A stretch of 64,000 bases of DNA, taken from positions 14,136,001 to 14,200,000 of the forward strand of contig OZ320315.1 of the NCBI GenBank assembly GCA_976226885.1, written 5' to 3'. Positions 33,541 through 48,210 of the stretch are shown here, one piece after another (the stretch's first letter is position 1; each line of letters opens with the position of its first letter). The notes under the pieces are model-generated. The model was not told the DNA's origin and ran no database searches. It worked only from the letters and a program-made list of their open reading frames with translations. The position numbers and the translations under genes are program-made. The stretch comes from Iphione sp. A-MEVVRFRX5. Lineage: Eukaryota.

Positions 33541-34169
33541 AATAAAAACGCTGTTTTCTTCAAGAAAATAGGTCAAGTGCTTTGTAAAACCTAATGGTGT
33601 GTAATGCTCACATTACCACGGACCTGGTTTTAATTACCATGGACCTTGAAAGGGAGGACATTTTAATCACTTCTGCGCGTGCGTTATCAAAACAATCCCC
33701 TAATCATTCGGTTGATTTCAATCAGCCTTGGCGGAAATGTTTCTCTTCCCACACTATCAAAGTCATTGATTAGTCTCTGCGGGTTGTTTCTGTGGGCAAT
33801 TTCGATCCAGATCAAGGACAGACGAACACAGAGCCATTGCTCCTTTTAGAATAACCTTTATTCCATTATTTATTCAATGCATATGTGATGAAACTCTCAT
33901 TGCCTTCAATGTGTTTTGCACCGAATTCCGGTATTCTGGCAAGAGAGTTGGAAATAGGAATTTCATGAAAATGGCAGAGTAACCCGTTTCGTACCTTATG
34001 TTTGACGTGGCTAGGCCTTTGCTCTGTGGGTGCTACCGAGTCAAGTGTATAACCAGCCTAAGGTTCCCCCTTTATAAGCTCTTTTTTGTTGTGCTTGTTG
34101 TCATGGTGCAGTGTCCTATGGGTCTCACACTGCTGTTTTTGTGCTTCCTGGTTATTATAGGTTTTACAT

Positions 34170-34870
34170 CTATAACACAGTTTCAACTTGTGTCTCATCA
34201 GGCACCATTAAAAAATGGGGTTTTGGATGGAGTTCTTGCCACCTGTGTGAACAAATTATTGTTATTTTATTTTTTAATGACGAGGCTAAATGGTGGCTTG
34301 GTATTCTCCATCAAGTATGTTTAATCCATTTGGTGATAGGGATCTAAGTCTATGTATCAATTTCTGTTCTATTGTGTTTCTTAGCGTTATTGATTTTTCG
34401 TTCTTTGGGGACATGTGGATAAAGTCCAGTATCCTTATTTCTAGGTCTTCTAGTTGCCTATGATCATTCTTGTTGAAATGTTCTGTGATAAGGTTCTTCT
34501 TGTGCAGTTTCTTTATATCGTAGAAGTGGTTCTTGAATCTATCTTTGATTCTAAGTTTCGTCTGTCCTACATAATGGATATTGCATTTCTTGCATGTTAT
34601 GGCATATATCAGATTGCTGCTGTTGCAATTCACTTTGTGTTTTATTTCATATTCTCTACCTGTGTAAATGTTTTTTTATTTTCTTGTATGTGTTGATGGC
34701 TGTGTAGTATCTACAGCTCTTGGCATGGCATATCTTGGTTTCTGGTTTTACTGATGGTTTGCTCTCCACATCATCGTAACTGATCAGTCTGGCCCTTACC
34801 AGGTGGTCTCTAAGACCGTACCTTAGTCCCTTCGGGCATGTACTAGGGCACCACCATATTGTACATCGCA
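34170..34870 (-). mobile_element. 5'-truncated Penelope-like element fragment (linker + GIY-YIG + 3' UTR)
   Basis: LRDHLVRA..CHAKSCRY, frameshift, then NCNSSNLIYAITCKKCNIHYVGQT..RFKNH..EHF..E..I..L..NGLN; stop at 34288-34286. Confidence 0.88.
34172..34205 (-). ncRNA. Degenerate hammerhead-like motif in the 3' UTR of the second PLE
   Basis: CUGAUGA-GAC(acaa)GUU-GAAAC-ugu-GUU. Core intact, stem II has a G-U pair (possible CpG decay), stem I pairing poor. Confidence 0.4.
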
Positions 34871-35199
34871 TGTTTGATTTAAACTACTTACCGCACCAAC
34901 GAAAATAACAGAGCTTTGAGTCCCTAACTTGTACAGTTGGAGCATTTCTTGCGTCGTTATACTCGCGGCTGTAACGAGGGACACAACGGAAAAGGAGCCA
35001 TTTGTAAAAAAAACACTTACTTTTCCAAGTCGGATAGCTTTGGTGATTGCACTGAGAAATGTTTATCTGTCATGTTCATGTAGATAACACATCGGTTCTC
35101 CGTACCGACTCAGGCACTGCAAAAAATTAACATTACAATGTATGAACAGTTCAATCAGCAATGTGTCATTGATCTAAAACGTGGGATGTTTGATGAGGT

Positions 35200-35750
35200 T
35201 CCAAATGTGCTTACTGTTTTTAACAACTCAGCGACTGCTTTCCTGGGGGATTTAACATTCGATGCTAGTGAAAATCTCATATATCTTCTCCATATAATGA
35301 CATGTTTATTCTAACCTCTATTTCTACCTTCAATTCGCTGCCTTGTGATACAAATACCCTTTGAGGCGAAAATACTACCTTGACCGACATATATACTCAG
35401 TGGGTTGTGATGGATGTCTCAATTTGGATCGGTGGGTCGCGATTTCCGCCCTAATCGCGACCCATTGGCCGAGGCAATTTACCAAGCGATTACACACTTC
35501 TTTAAGGAGAAGGCCTAGGTTGGACTCTGATGAATTCTCTGGTCTAAATTTTCGGGAGGGATCATGGGCCATTGACTCTTCCAAAGGAAGTCTTTCTTGG
35601 GGGTAGAAAATGGAACTTTCAAATGACTTCTATTCATGTCATCCCCAGAGAGACCTGTCACACATCGCTGACATGATCCCAAATATTCCTCACTCACTCT
35701 TCCCAGCTGCCAGACTCATGATGAACCACTCACATTCAATCCAGATGAAA
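35200..35750 (+). mobile_element. Old LINE remnant (APE endonuclease region)
   Basis: Fragments AFLGDLTFD and NTTLTDIYTQ resemble the GDFN and TLIDHIYTN motifs; many stops. Confidence 0.35.
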
Positions 35751-35754
35751 AAGA

Positions 35755-36040
35755 GACTCTTCATCACAACCAGATAGATTTACTGCAGCCCCAACCCAGA
35801 GTGGTCCACAACTTGTAAAAACGTTGGGTGTATAGGATTCAGTCCCCTATTCACAAAGAGACCCCAGAAACTTATTCAAAATAAGAGAACAGGGTAACGT
35901 GAATTATTCTAGTCTCTCAAATCTCAATAAAAGATGGTAGTATGCTACCCCAGGAAGATATGGAAGAGTCCTTGTCCCGACAATAGGTGAATATATTCCT
36001 GGTCAAAGATACAATGCAATGACAAAAATGAAAAATAAAA
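35755..36040 (+). mobile_element. tRNA-derived SINE, headless copy 2
   Basis: accagatagatttactgcagccccaacccagagtggtccacaac..cctggtcaaagatacaatg matches the body and tail of the other copies. Confidence 0.8.
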
Positions 36041-37014
36041 ATGCTGCTCTGAATGGGCAAATGAAAATAGGGCGCAGAGACCACGGCATGACAGTCTACA
36101 GAATGGAAACAATACGGGGTATCCATGAGGATGTAAGCAAAAGAAATTAGAGGTAGCACCAAGAGAAGTTAGAAAAAGCCATAGATAAATCTGCATAATC
36201 GTCGGAGAACAAGACAGCCAAAAAAAAGCGTACGAAACGGTGTCATTTTTATTCATTTGTATCGAACAAGTATACTTTCTAGTCGTTGTGGAAACTCAAT
36301 TTGCTTTATATAATTTACACATGTCAAGGTTTATTCATTTGCCATGAAGGACGAATATAGTGTGACATTTTTCCTACCCGGTGTATGGTATAGGGAGAGA
36401 AGTATTGTACATATAAATATGTATATATTATGTATATATAGTTAAGATTGTCTGCTGCTGCTAATGACTGTGTTGGGGTTGTTAGGAGAGAGCCGTACGG
36501 AGGGCTGGAAGTCACCTGCTGACGCGCATCTGCGCATATTATACCTGCGTTATTGCCAGCTCGAGGAGTTATAACAATGATGCATGCACCCGGTTGCCTT
36601 TTAGATATCTCTCTGTGGTGCATGCAATCAGGGCCATACATGGCGTCTATAATATCTCTTGTGAAAGTGTCCCTCTGTCAAACCGAAGTAAGGATAGAGT
36701 TACTCGTGTGAAACCTTAAAATAAACCCTTCAAACCTCAGGTGATTTCCAGCACGAAATTCTTCAAATTACAAGTCAACCGACGAAACGCGATCCATTTT
36801 TCGGGGCTAGACCTAAGGTTGGACATTGTTGCTGTTGAACATAAATAGAGCCCTAATCGTGACTCGGGTGAAAAATTCTACTTTTGCGTGATGTTCCCTC
36901 GGGTTGATGTTACGTTTAAAGCGTACAGCTTCAACGAATTGTGTTACACAACTTCAATAAAGTTTTAGACACGTCAACCCAGTAAGAACAGAGATACCCA
37001 TCTTCAACTCACCC

Positions 37015-37038
37015 ACTCTCTCTCTCTTTCTCTCTCTC

Positions 37039-37088
<50 letters not shown>

Positions 37089-37097
37089 CCTCTCTCT
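37015..37097. repeat. (TC)n microsatellite
   Basis: Direct reading. Confidence 0.95.
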
Positions 37098-40000
37098 GCC
37101 CGTGATTTCGAAAAATATCATTTGTCTTCTAATCAAACATGTGTTGTATCCTCCTCCATAATACCATAGTGTAAAGGGTTTGATAAAACAAATGTAAGCA
37201 TGATAATACAGAAATCGGCATCAACTTGACAGAAACTACATTTCATACATGTTCATACATGTTTTCCGCTAGTGTGAGGGAAGGGTGATGACATTAAAAG
37301 TAAAACATATCTTTATATTGACTCTATACCAACTGTTCCCTTGTACGTCGAAGCAGTATTGAAAATGTTTCATTAACACTATGTTTACAACATAATGACT
37401 TGTGGAATTTTACGCATGTACGTCACTTTACTGTCTGATGAAAACTATACCATGGAGGACACCAGCAGACACCACGACATTGTGTTGAACAGACCAATAC
37501 CACACGAGGACAAATACACATATGCTAGACAGTGGGTATGAGAGTACCAAGGATGCTACCAGTTCGGTTTCTGTGTATACGTATATCAAACTCAGCCAAA
37601 ATGAAATGTGATGTAATAAAGTTTGGTGAGAAAATAAGCTGACACAGCGCGAGTATGATTGGTCGCTGTGGACGTGCTGAGACGAGCAATGCGTTGCCTG
37701 CTCTCAGAACCGGCCTCCCTCCTGCTCGAGTGGCGTGTCGGGCTGCGGATGCGGTCTCAATGGAAGTGCAAAATTGCAGGTGGTTTCAAAAGATCCAGAC
37801 ACCAACTTTATTGACAATCTATTTTCGTAACTTGACCGACTTGCACACCATGTTTTATTAATATTCTGCGGCGATCGATTTTGTTCTTCTCTGTGCGTCT
37901 TTTCGAAGGTTGCCCACCCAGACTCAGACGGTCATTTTCCTGACAGCCAATCAAAAGTTATCCTTTTATCATGTGACGCAGAGTGAAGCGTTGGAAGCTC
38001 AGAGGGAATTTGGTCGAGTGAAAGGAAGATAAGGCGGAGAAAAATGAACTCGTGAGAGAGACAGAACTAAAACAGAAAAATAGATTGTGAAAGGATAGAA
38101 GAAGTAAGAGAGTGAGAAAAGAATGGCTGAACCGGGAAAATAAGACACGTGTACAATGGATCGGTCAGGCAGGGAGGTAGAAATGGAAAATGAGTAGAAA
38201 TTGAAAATTTATCAGGACTACAGAAATTTGGAGGTTGCAAACATAGAAAAGGCGGAGGAAGGGAAGACAAAGATGGGGGTTGAAATACGGAAATAATCCA
38301 CCGGAAAGACCATAGGCTTAAGGAGATAAGGGGCCGGACATATGGAAGGAAAGTAGTCGGAAACCAACAAGGATGGATTTTCGGGATAACACAATAGGCA
38401 ATAACACGGGTTGTCCGAGTATGAAAGAAAATGAAATGATCAATATACGTATATATAATGATCAGTTTGATAGCAGGTTATTAAAGTATATACGCTCGTT
38501 AAATATGTATATGCATAATCATACATATAAATATATACATGTATGTGGCTGAAGTCTTAATCACAGATTAACATAATCTAACACATTCAGCACCACCGTA
38601 GGACCGACCAGTCAATCGTCTCTGTTTCTAAGACAAATAGACCCATCTCCTTACTTATCACCAAAACTATGACACCACAAAAACATCGAATTCATTATAA
38701 TAATATCAGGTTTGAGCCTCTTAAATGTCTCTCTCCTGCTTTCAATGATCAAATGAATGGAAATGCATTGTTATTGGGGGTTCGGAAATTCTTTTAAAAA
38801 ATGTAGAATATTTGTCATAATTTTAATATTTTCTACTGAAATACACCAAAGCCAAAGATATCCGATGCGTTTATTCCTGTATAAGCATAGAGCCGAGTCA
38901 GTCGTGATTTCATAGTGAACCAGTAGGTTGTACTGACCTTCTTCATACCGATGAATATTCACGAGGCAGACATTGCTCCTTGGTAAGACATCGTCGAGGG
39001 GGGATTTGCAGAGTAATTTTCCAAATGCATTTGTTGAGGTTAAAAATGCCCAGTCTAGGGCTTATCTCCGCCTTGGCGTAGTGCATATCTCCAAGCACGG
39101 TCCTGGGATTACGTACCTTCAAAGCTTACACCAGGCATGAGTATACTACTAGTCATGCTTTTTATGTTTGCCGCAATCTAGTAGAACTTCTAGTTAGGGT
39201 GATAATGAATGTAAATTGCGTTGGTCGGCCACTATCTGCCGTCTCTGATAAACTAGGCGGCATTACATTTGTGTAAATATGGGCATTCATGGACGCATTT
39301 CTGGATTCGATTTGTATTGTAGGACGAATGCATGTAGAACATATTGGGTCTGAGATATGATGCCTTAACTGTATGTACTATCACTATGGTTGGACTAATG
39401 GACTATTTGAAATCTTACCCGCTGTCAGTTGGTGATCTACGCACTACGCACTCCACCACCATAGTTTGGGGTTGTATATAAACATCACTGAAAGGTTTCT
39501 ATACAATCAAAACAGTATCATAAAACACAGCATTAGCCCCTTAACAATCTATGACATAGAACGTATCATTGCACCTATCATTTTGCATATTTACAGGTAT
39601 ATTTTCAAAATTATGCATTGCAACAAACAGCAACATGGTTAACCATATTGGAATTATTTTTACGTGTATAATGTTGAATTTACAGCCCTAGTTACGAGAT
39701 AATAAATGTAGTGAAATTCCGTGAAGCCGCCTCTGCAATAAGGTTAGCTCTGTGTCATCAAAAGTTTATTTCTCTTTTTTATTAACCTCGCTGCATTCAA
39801 GCCCAATGTTTGAACGAGTTATTTCATAAGTGCCTTTACGTTGATTACACATTTATTTGTACACTTCCTTTTTTAAAGAACTCCATAGTAACAAGCAAAA
39901 TCTGTATTGTGGACATTTCGACGGTGGCGTAGTATATATCTACGTACAAGAACGAACTGAAGCACCTTCACGATATCAGGAGCTTTCTACATTTCAATGT

Positions 40001-43000
40001 AGATGGCAAGATTTTGAACATTATAAGTAGTCCAGAACAGGTTCACAAACCTTAATGAATGTGATCTTAAGTTATGCATTTTGTAAGGGTGGTATATGTT
40101 AAATTCTTGAAGTCAGACAAACCTTAAAGCTGAAACACAATTCCAGCACTGCGCAGAAACCTAAATGATTTGACAATTAAAAAAACAGAATAGGCCTAGT
40201 GCTTTTTTAATCAATGAAAAATACAAAATCACCATGTACCTACTCCGTATGATTGCAAATTTAGCGGTTGAAAACCCATTTGAGTGCCTAAGAAATCTTA
40301 AACTGGGCTTTAAGGACAAGTGTTCGAGGATCCTGCTGGCAATTTTATAAACTAATATGCTGACAATTATTGTTTTGCCCATAACTCAGGAACTTTTAAT
40401 TACAGATACTTGTATTATACCTCATTCTCTGCCTTATGTCATTTGATGTGTTTTATATTAAAATCTGACCATAAAAACTGCTACTTGTTGTATTTGTCTT
40501 TAACTGTTCGACAAAGGTAACATTACAAAATATTTCTATTGGTTACATCATCAAATTAAGCTGTGATATGATTTTGTGGCAAAGGTAGCATTGAAACCAT
40601 TTATTTTTTTTATCTTGATCAATACATATATCTAAGCTTAGATATATTTTTTACAACAATATTTTGTTAGATTTTGAAGATATGATATGAATTTTCTTGA
40701 AGATGACTACCTGAGCCATTCACTTCGATGTTAATAGGAGCCTCTATCAATATCCTTTTGATGGTCACTTCTGGATAAATGAGCATTGATAGCCCAATGT
40801 TTTTCCATATTTGACTTATAAATGATGCATAGAATATATCTGTGAAGAAGAAAATTCATTGTCTACTTATTTTTGAAGCCACCTCTAGTCTTGGCCTTAA
40901 ATTGAGAGTTCCAGGGTATTTTAGTATAGAACAAGACAGGTGATGGAGACACTGGAAACAATGGTTTTCTTACAGATGAGAGCAGATAATAGCAGAAAAT
41001 TTATGCTGGGGAAGAAGGGATTCAGAAAGGAGAGGAGATACTGTTCACGGGAGCGGTGAAAAGGATAAGGAAAAAACAAGAAGTCACAGAGACAAAAGTT
41101 GAGAAGTGGGAAAAGAAAGCAATGTAGGGGACTGAGACCAAGAGAGCTAATAGTGAGAGATTGCGACAGTGCAACAGAACATGGGAAAGACACGACGTAG
41201 AGACGAATGGATTCAGGAATGAGGAAGGAACGTTAACCCCGAAACCCGGGGTAAAGGGGAAAGGGAAGGAACAATCAGACAGGGAACGAGGCAAAAAAAT
41301 TTGGAAAAACTGGCTACACATTTGGCGGTTGAAATGAATTTTGGTTAAGGACAGGGAAACGGAAGACGGAAGGCATGCGACAGAGGGTTCGTTAAGTGGG
41401 GCATAAGGTATCTGGGGAAATCAAGCGAGAGAAACGCTTTTTCTGTAGCTGAAATATCACCCGCAGAGTTATAAATGGGACGGGGGAAAAGAAAGGGATA
41501 GGGAAAAGAACTCATGTGAAGAGAAGAAAACACTGCAAGTAAAGAATACTTAAGAGAAGTGAGAGGTAATCTAGGAAGACATGAGATCAGTGGTTGAAGG
41601 AAAAGGGTAACCGGGATGAATAAGGTTAGAGTGGACTAAGCAGAGTAAAGGGAACAAGTTAATACAAGGTGAAAGATTGGGGGCCGAAGAAAATGGAGAA
41701 ATGAAGGTAACTATTGGCCGGACAACGATAATGCGAGTCTAGTGGCAAATGCTGAGGAAAACAAAGGAGGGGTAGGACAAAAGGCAGGGAGGGAGACAAG
41801 GATAGAGGTAGAAGACAGGAATAACCTAGGTAAAAGTAGGAAGAGCGAGAATCAAAAGTGAGAGACAGTGTGAAATACATCGCTGAAAGGAGAAAACAGG
41901 CCTAGATATTTGGGAAGAGAAAAATGAACAGATAACGGCGTTCGATCACATGATACTGAAATGGATCACTCCCCCGGGGGTGCCCGCTTCACTCAAACGG
42001 GCTGGAATGCCACCCGCCTCGTCCGCCTGATAGCTACTTCCCCTTCCGGTCTCCAACCCACGTGATCGACACGTGACCTTGATCCTACTTGAGTTAAGGC
42101 CAGGTTGAGGTATTTCTGGTTTTACATTGTATTGTTTTATTCTTTACTTGGAAGGCTGGGGATTTCATGTTGGCGCCATGTTCATGACTAGACCAGGAGT
42201 CGATCTGTCAAGTCAAAGAACTACGACAAACAGCGCGCTGCTCTATATCTAGTTAAAACATCGGGTCTTAGTTCTATTGGTCTAGGATTTATAACCAGTA
42301 ATAAATAGCTACGGGAAATACCTAAATATAACGATTATTTTACACGCATTAAATACCAGGCATGAGTTCTACAAGTAAATAATGAAACACCATTTCATCG
42401 ACGTGGCCTGAATAAAAAAAACTGTATATTGGTCGTACGACAACCGTAAAAACAGACAGAGAAATGGTTTCCAGATAAATATTTTAGCAGCAGTCCTGCA
42501 TGGAAACCAGTCGGAAAAGCGTTATGTTGCTAGAGCATTGCGGCTATACCGTGCTAATGACCTGATAAAAATGCATTTAACTGGTTTGGAATGCGACTAT
42601 CTGGTTACATCCCAACGCTTTATTCTGCAACTGTCGAAAACATCAATGTTAATTTGCTTTTGCCATAAAAAGCATTCTGAAAGCGCTTGCTGAAATATCA
42701 TCAGAATGTTGCAAGTAAACCTTTACAGGGCATATTGGTCTTTTCTCATTCGAAGACGCCCTAAAGGTGATGAAAGGAGTATGCTATCAAAAAGCACATT
42801 ATTAACAAATTTGAAATAAGCACCCTTAGACACGTACACAAACTAGGTATAGAAATCCTGACCTGAAAATAGGTGATAACATTTACCATTGACTGGAGAC
42901 AGGAAGGGAAAAATAGCGTAAATTCACGGGGAGAGCTTGAAATAAGGGGAGAGAAAAGCAAAATCGAAAAATGAAGAGAAAGAAAAAAATCATAACAAGC

Positions 43001-43102
43001 AGTAAGTAGGAGGAAGGAGGCAGGGAGAAAAGAAACTAAAAGAACAAATAAGTAGGGGCGAAAACATCAAGAAACGGAATACGATTACGGAGAAATGGAG
43101 AA

Positions 43103-43142
43103 AGAGAGAGAGAGAATGAGAGAGAGAGAGAGAGAGAGAGAG
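43103..43142. repeat. (GA)n microsatellite
   Basis: Direct reading. Confidence 0.9.
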
Positions 43143-44519
43143 ATAAGGAGAGAAAGGGAGAGGTCATATGTGTGCCACAGGAGACGGAAAGTGGCAAAGA
43201 AAGTGAGTTATATCGGATTAAACGGAACCAGACCACCTGCCGAGACGCGGCCATCTTCTGGCACACTATAACTGAATTCCACGAAGGACATTTATTCAAG
43301 GACACAAACGATGAAAAAGGTACCTTCACCGCCGGCACAGTCTATCGAGGAGAAATCTCGTGTAGTCCCTTGTGTCCCTTTGATCTTTTGTCTCAGCGGC
43401 TGAGAAGCTCAAGCCTGCGTCTGCGTTCTCTAAATAGGCCTGCCAACTTTTATATTCTATTCATCCGTCTATTGTTGCGTGTAAAAGACGGAACACTATC
43501 TGTCTGAAACGAAATTAATGGAACTTGAACATGCAAACAACGATGCAGTGGAAATCATCAGAACAATGCAATACTCATGTATGTATTCATACATATAGAA
43601 ACGTGAATCATACAGTAGAAAGCCACCCGATATGGACAGGCTTCTCATAAGTACCCCTTTGGGAAGTATAGACCCTATTCTCCCGACATTAAAAGAAGTG
43701 TTCGATGGGGACAGTTTGGGAAAGAAGCAACTAAGGGCGTCCAGATTACAGGCTTTGGATCGTAATTGCATAGCAACCATACAGTTAGATACAAGAGGTC
43801 ACCAATTATGACTTGTATGAAGTGTACAGTATTTTGCCCTATCTGTCATTTTGGATCATATTATCCTATGTCCCCTTCTTATCTTTCTGTATAGTTATCA
43901 TTTCTTTCATTTTCTGTTCATGTTTTAAATCCCTTTCCCAGCTTCCCCACCCTCTCTTTCTCTCCAAACCTTTGACTCTTCCTCTCTCTTTCAGCTTTAG
44001 TCCATTTTCTAACACCTTTTGGCTAGTCATGTAAATCAGAGCGTAGTACAACTCCAGCTCGTAGTCCCCTGTAGGTGTCTGTTATCGTTTAATGTATGGG
44101 TTCCCGAGTAAATTACCACAAATAGCTTATGAATTTCATCATATTACCAATACCTTTTACATACTTTTACCTTTTACGCTCCTCTGCCACGGTTTGTTTA
44201 TCATTGCCCCCTTCAACCACTAACGTACCCCTCTCTAAACCAATTGCTCCCTGTTTGACCTTTTCCGGCGTCTGGCAAGTGTCCAGAGCCCCCTACTGAG
44301 CCAGCTTTACACTACGGTTCACCATCGAGCGCGACGGTCAACTGTATGGGTTCGCCATGATGTTTCTATGTACTCTGCATATCTTACCGTATATTCTACA
44401 AATTGTGTTTGTATATTCTGCAAAGATATTTACATTTGCACATTCCTTTAATGATATGTATGTTTGTATATTTCGACAGAGAAATGTCCCCGTAAATATT
44501 CAACATGAATAGGATGTGT

Positions 44520-45010
44520 TTTATGGGGTCAGTGTTTACATCTGGAGGTTGTCTGGTCAACTGTGTAGAGTATAGATGACTATTCCGATCTCTCTAACTC
44601 TCCATCTGGCACTGATATCAACAGCTACATCAGTGATCGATGCAATAAAATATCTGCAGCATGGTGATTTGATTATGCTTGCATGTGGTCGCACATGAAT
44701 AGGGTATTTATTAATATCAAGAAGACTAGGATTATGCAGTTCACATGCAGAACATTAACCACCACATTGGACTTGTAGGACATGGAAGGAATCAAGCTTG
44801 ACCAAGTACCTAGGGGTATTATTTTCTAGTGATATCAAATGGGGAAAATATGTAGGAGAATGAATTCAAAAAGCGTACTTAAAAATGAATCATTTTAAGA
44901 AGATTCGGAGATATTTAACTCATAGGTATGCGATTAAGATTGCACTTACAATGCTACTACCAGCACTAGACTATGGAAGATTTGCTATGACGAGCTCTTG
45001 CAATTGAAAT
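44520..45010 (+). mobile_element. Old LINE RT remnant
   Basis: IDDYS.., W..MNRVFINIKKTRIMQF, TKYLGVLFSSDIKWGKYV..KIRRYL..MLLPALDYG, with stops and frameshifts. Confidence 0.6.
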
Positions 45011-45156
45011 TTTAAGAAATTATTTATATGTAATCCAATCTGCATAGATGTTGTTCTTAATTTTGGTTTAAGGTGGTAAGCTGTTGCCCCCATTGTAACT
45101 TAAAAAAATGGGATGTGATATGAATTAGTCAAGGAACTCATAAGTATATATAGGAT

Positions 45157-45510
45157 GGGGAGCTAGGTCAGTTTGGTGGTGACTCCACTGATTGGGAGGT
45201 TGCAGATTCAATCCCAGACCTGGGACTCTTGATTATTACCAGACAGATTTACTGTATCCCCCACTCAGAGTGGTCCACAACTCGTAAAAAAGGCCATGGG
45301 TGTATTAGATTCTGTCCCTTGTGCAAAAAAAAATACCACAGAAACCTATTCAATATAAGAGTAACAAGCAACCTTGGGTATTCTAGTCTTTCAGTTCTCA
45401 ATAGTAGATGGTAGCATGCTACCCCAGGAGGATATGGAAGAACAGCTGAAATCATAGCTGAATATCTACTTCCTGGTTAGAGATACAATGAAGATGCAAA
45501 TGAATGAATC
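45157..45510 (+). mobile_element. tRNA-derived SINE, copy 3 (degraded head)
   Basis: Degenerate A/B boxes (agctaggtcagtttgg; gattcaatcc), shared body, tail agatacaatgaagatgcaaatgaatgaat. Confidence 0.8.
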
Positions 45511-45724
45511 TTATACTAAACCGCCCTTAATGAAGACCGTATTTGATGGTTGGAGATCACCCTATCTGGCTATACACACTATTATATATATGCTAAGTTG
45601 CCAGTATAAAAAAGATTAAATGATAATCCTTTCTATCTCTGTCCCTCTCTGTCTGTCCGTCTCACTGGTATATTCACAGATCTAGCTTACAGCTGGATTC
45701 CCTGAGTGATTATGAGTGATGAAT

Positions 45725-45810
45725 TATCGGTCCGGATAGTAGTATGTAAAGATGCGAGTTTGAGGACGGAACATTCTATACAACAGGATCCTGCCATATT
45801 TACACGAACA
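45725..45810 (+). repeat. Short dispersed repeat, paired with 47695-47780
   Basis: ggatagtagtatgtaaa identical, then gtgagttt..gga.ggaaca.tctata..tgcca..tttacac similar. Confidence 0.7.
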
Positions 45811-46649
45811 TACCCACTCTCCTTCCCGAACTGCGGCCGCAGACACGCACTTCAAACCAAGCCTTATTTCCTATATGGTGTGCACTTGTAAAGATTCTGT
45901 TCCGTACGTCGATTTTCTGTCTTCCCCCTCTCTCGCTGTCCATACAGGTCTGTCCCAATATTTGATTATATTCGCTAGCACCTTCGACATGCGTTCATAA
46001 ATTGACTTAACCTAAAATACATTTCACCACTGCCTTTACACCAACCCAAAGCGAACCATTGTAGGGAGCAGCTATTCCCCTCGCAAACGCCATAGACAAC
46101 ATTGCATCCTAATTACGTCAAAAATAGCGCGGACAACATTCGTCTTACAACACACATACACCCACGAAGAAACGGATTCGCTCATATACAACTCCGCCGC
46201 CATCAATATTTCATTCAGTGTTTTATTGCGGACACATGCGGTATACAATGGGGACATGCTGTGATGTAACATCGTCGACAGCTCCTGGGAGTCCTCCCCT
46301 GACAAACACCAGCGCCACCACTCGGACCCCTCCTAAACTCCACACAGCGATATCACGAATTGTTTGAATTCTGACTTAAGTGAGACTGAGCAACCGTCCC
46401 CCCCCCCTCCCCTTCCCCTTAGCGTGGATAGAGAGGCCCAGACTTGCACAACTAGGGAATCATTGCGTCAGTTATGATGATTAGAATTGCCACGAGTCGC
46501 GCTGTTACACTGCAACTGTGGGAAATCTACACAAGACACTTGGTATTCTATCCTTGTGGTCCATCAGTCGGCGCTTCTGTTCTTTAAATTTAATTTCGCG
46601 TGTGTCAAGTTGATTATATTACTTAGTGTCCGTCGGAGGGGACCCACCT

Positions 46650-48210
46650 CCCAAACAACAAGCCCCTACACACATGCACGCACATACACACAGACCCGCG
46701 CTCACAAACACATGTACAGCGTGGGTGTTACCCATAGTGTTCACTATGTGTATACCTATATAAACAGACAAGGACAATGTGGACTAAATGCTACTAGGCT
46801 TCTTCTATGCATCATGTCCAAAAATTCCGCCCAGTCCATTTCCCATAACCACCACGTGTACTACACACAAACGTATACACACGGACATGGCGACAGTATG
46901 GTACCCATTCTACCTCACACACCTGTACACCTATACAGACATACATATATGTGTGCGTGTGCATTTGTGTATATATTTACACATACCCACGTACATAGAG
47001 CAGCTCACTCCACTCCGCCGCACACGCACACGCCCATACGCACACACATTCCCCTGATATTCATATACACAGAGCATACATATGTACATATACCAATACC
47101 CATCTGGCTCCGAGCCTGAGACGCCATGCCGTCCACGTCTGTGAGGCTGGGTGCCAGTCAACCGTCCCCGGGTACCGTGTTTAGCGTTCCCGTCCTAGAC
47201 TGATCGATCTAGACTAAATCCTGATAGATAGACCATAGCCCAGCCAAGCCTGGCTATTGAGTGAAGGAGCCACACACACACACACACGTGCGCGCACACA
47301 CACCAGTTGAAAAGGGAGGGGCTGATGGCATGGAGGCCTGGTGAGAGGAGTTGGCCACAGGGGAGGTTAGTGTGGGAAGTGGTGGGCCAAACGCTTAGTG
47401 TCACTGAATGAGGAAATGTACCATTTGATGGAGTGGGAGGGCAGTGAGAAAATGTAGGGTGGGAATTAGAGATTTGCAGGAGATGGGTAGGACCAGCCCA
47501 CTGGGCATTGCTCTGTGTAGTGGACGAATAGGAGTACATCGTCCTGTGCTGTAGCAAATAAATTACAGTAGAATAGAAATCTAATAATACATGTAGTAGG
47601 TTTGTGAATACAGCAAGAGGGAGGGAGTCCCACCCATGAATGTAAGAGAGTGAGCGGAGGGAGTCTTAACTGTGGGTTATGCTGGTGCAATATTGGACGG
47701 GATAGTAGTATGTAAAAATGTGAGTTTGGACGAGGATGGAACACTCTATATAATTGTCATCATGCCATGTTTACACAAGAAAGTGAACATTGACTGTTGA
47801 TGCAATAATACAAAGTTTTAAAAAATGGTCACTCTGGGAGGGCGGGATATTCATTGGGTGATGAGCATGAAAACTGTTTGAGGGAGGAACACTGGTAGTC
47901 GTGCTGGAGTTATCAAGTTATAGTGTTATTAAGTAGCAAAGCACATACATGCACATGTACATCCCCACACATCCACACACATGCGAACACATGTTCATGT
48001 ATACACGTTTACATATCTCCACACACACGTACACACATGCACACATAGACACACGCATCCACACACGTACACATGTACGTCCATACACATTCAGATGTCT
48101 ACACACATACATGTACATCTACACACATGCACACACATGCACATGTATACACATTCACATATGTCCACACACATGCACACATGCCCACAAACATGCACAT
48201 GTACATACAC
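46650..48210. repeat. Degenerate CA/TACACA-rich simple-repeat tracts (46650-47100, 47270-47300, 47940-48210)
   Basis: Direct reading; source of the His/Thr-rich spurious ORFs. Confidence 0.85.
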
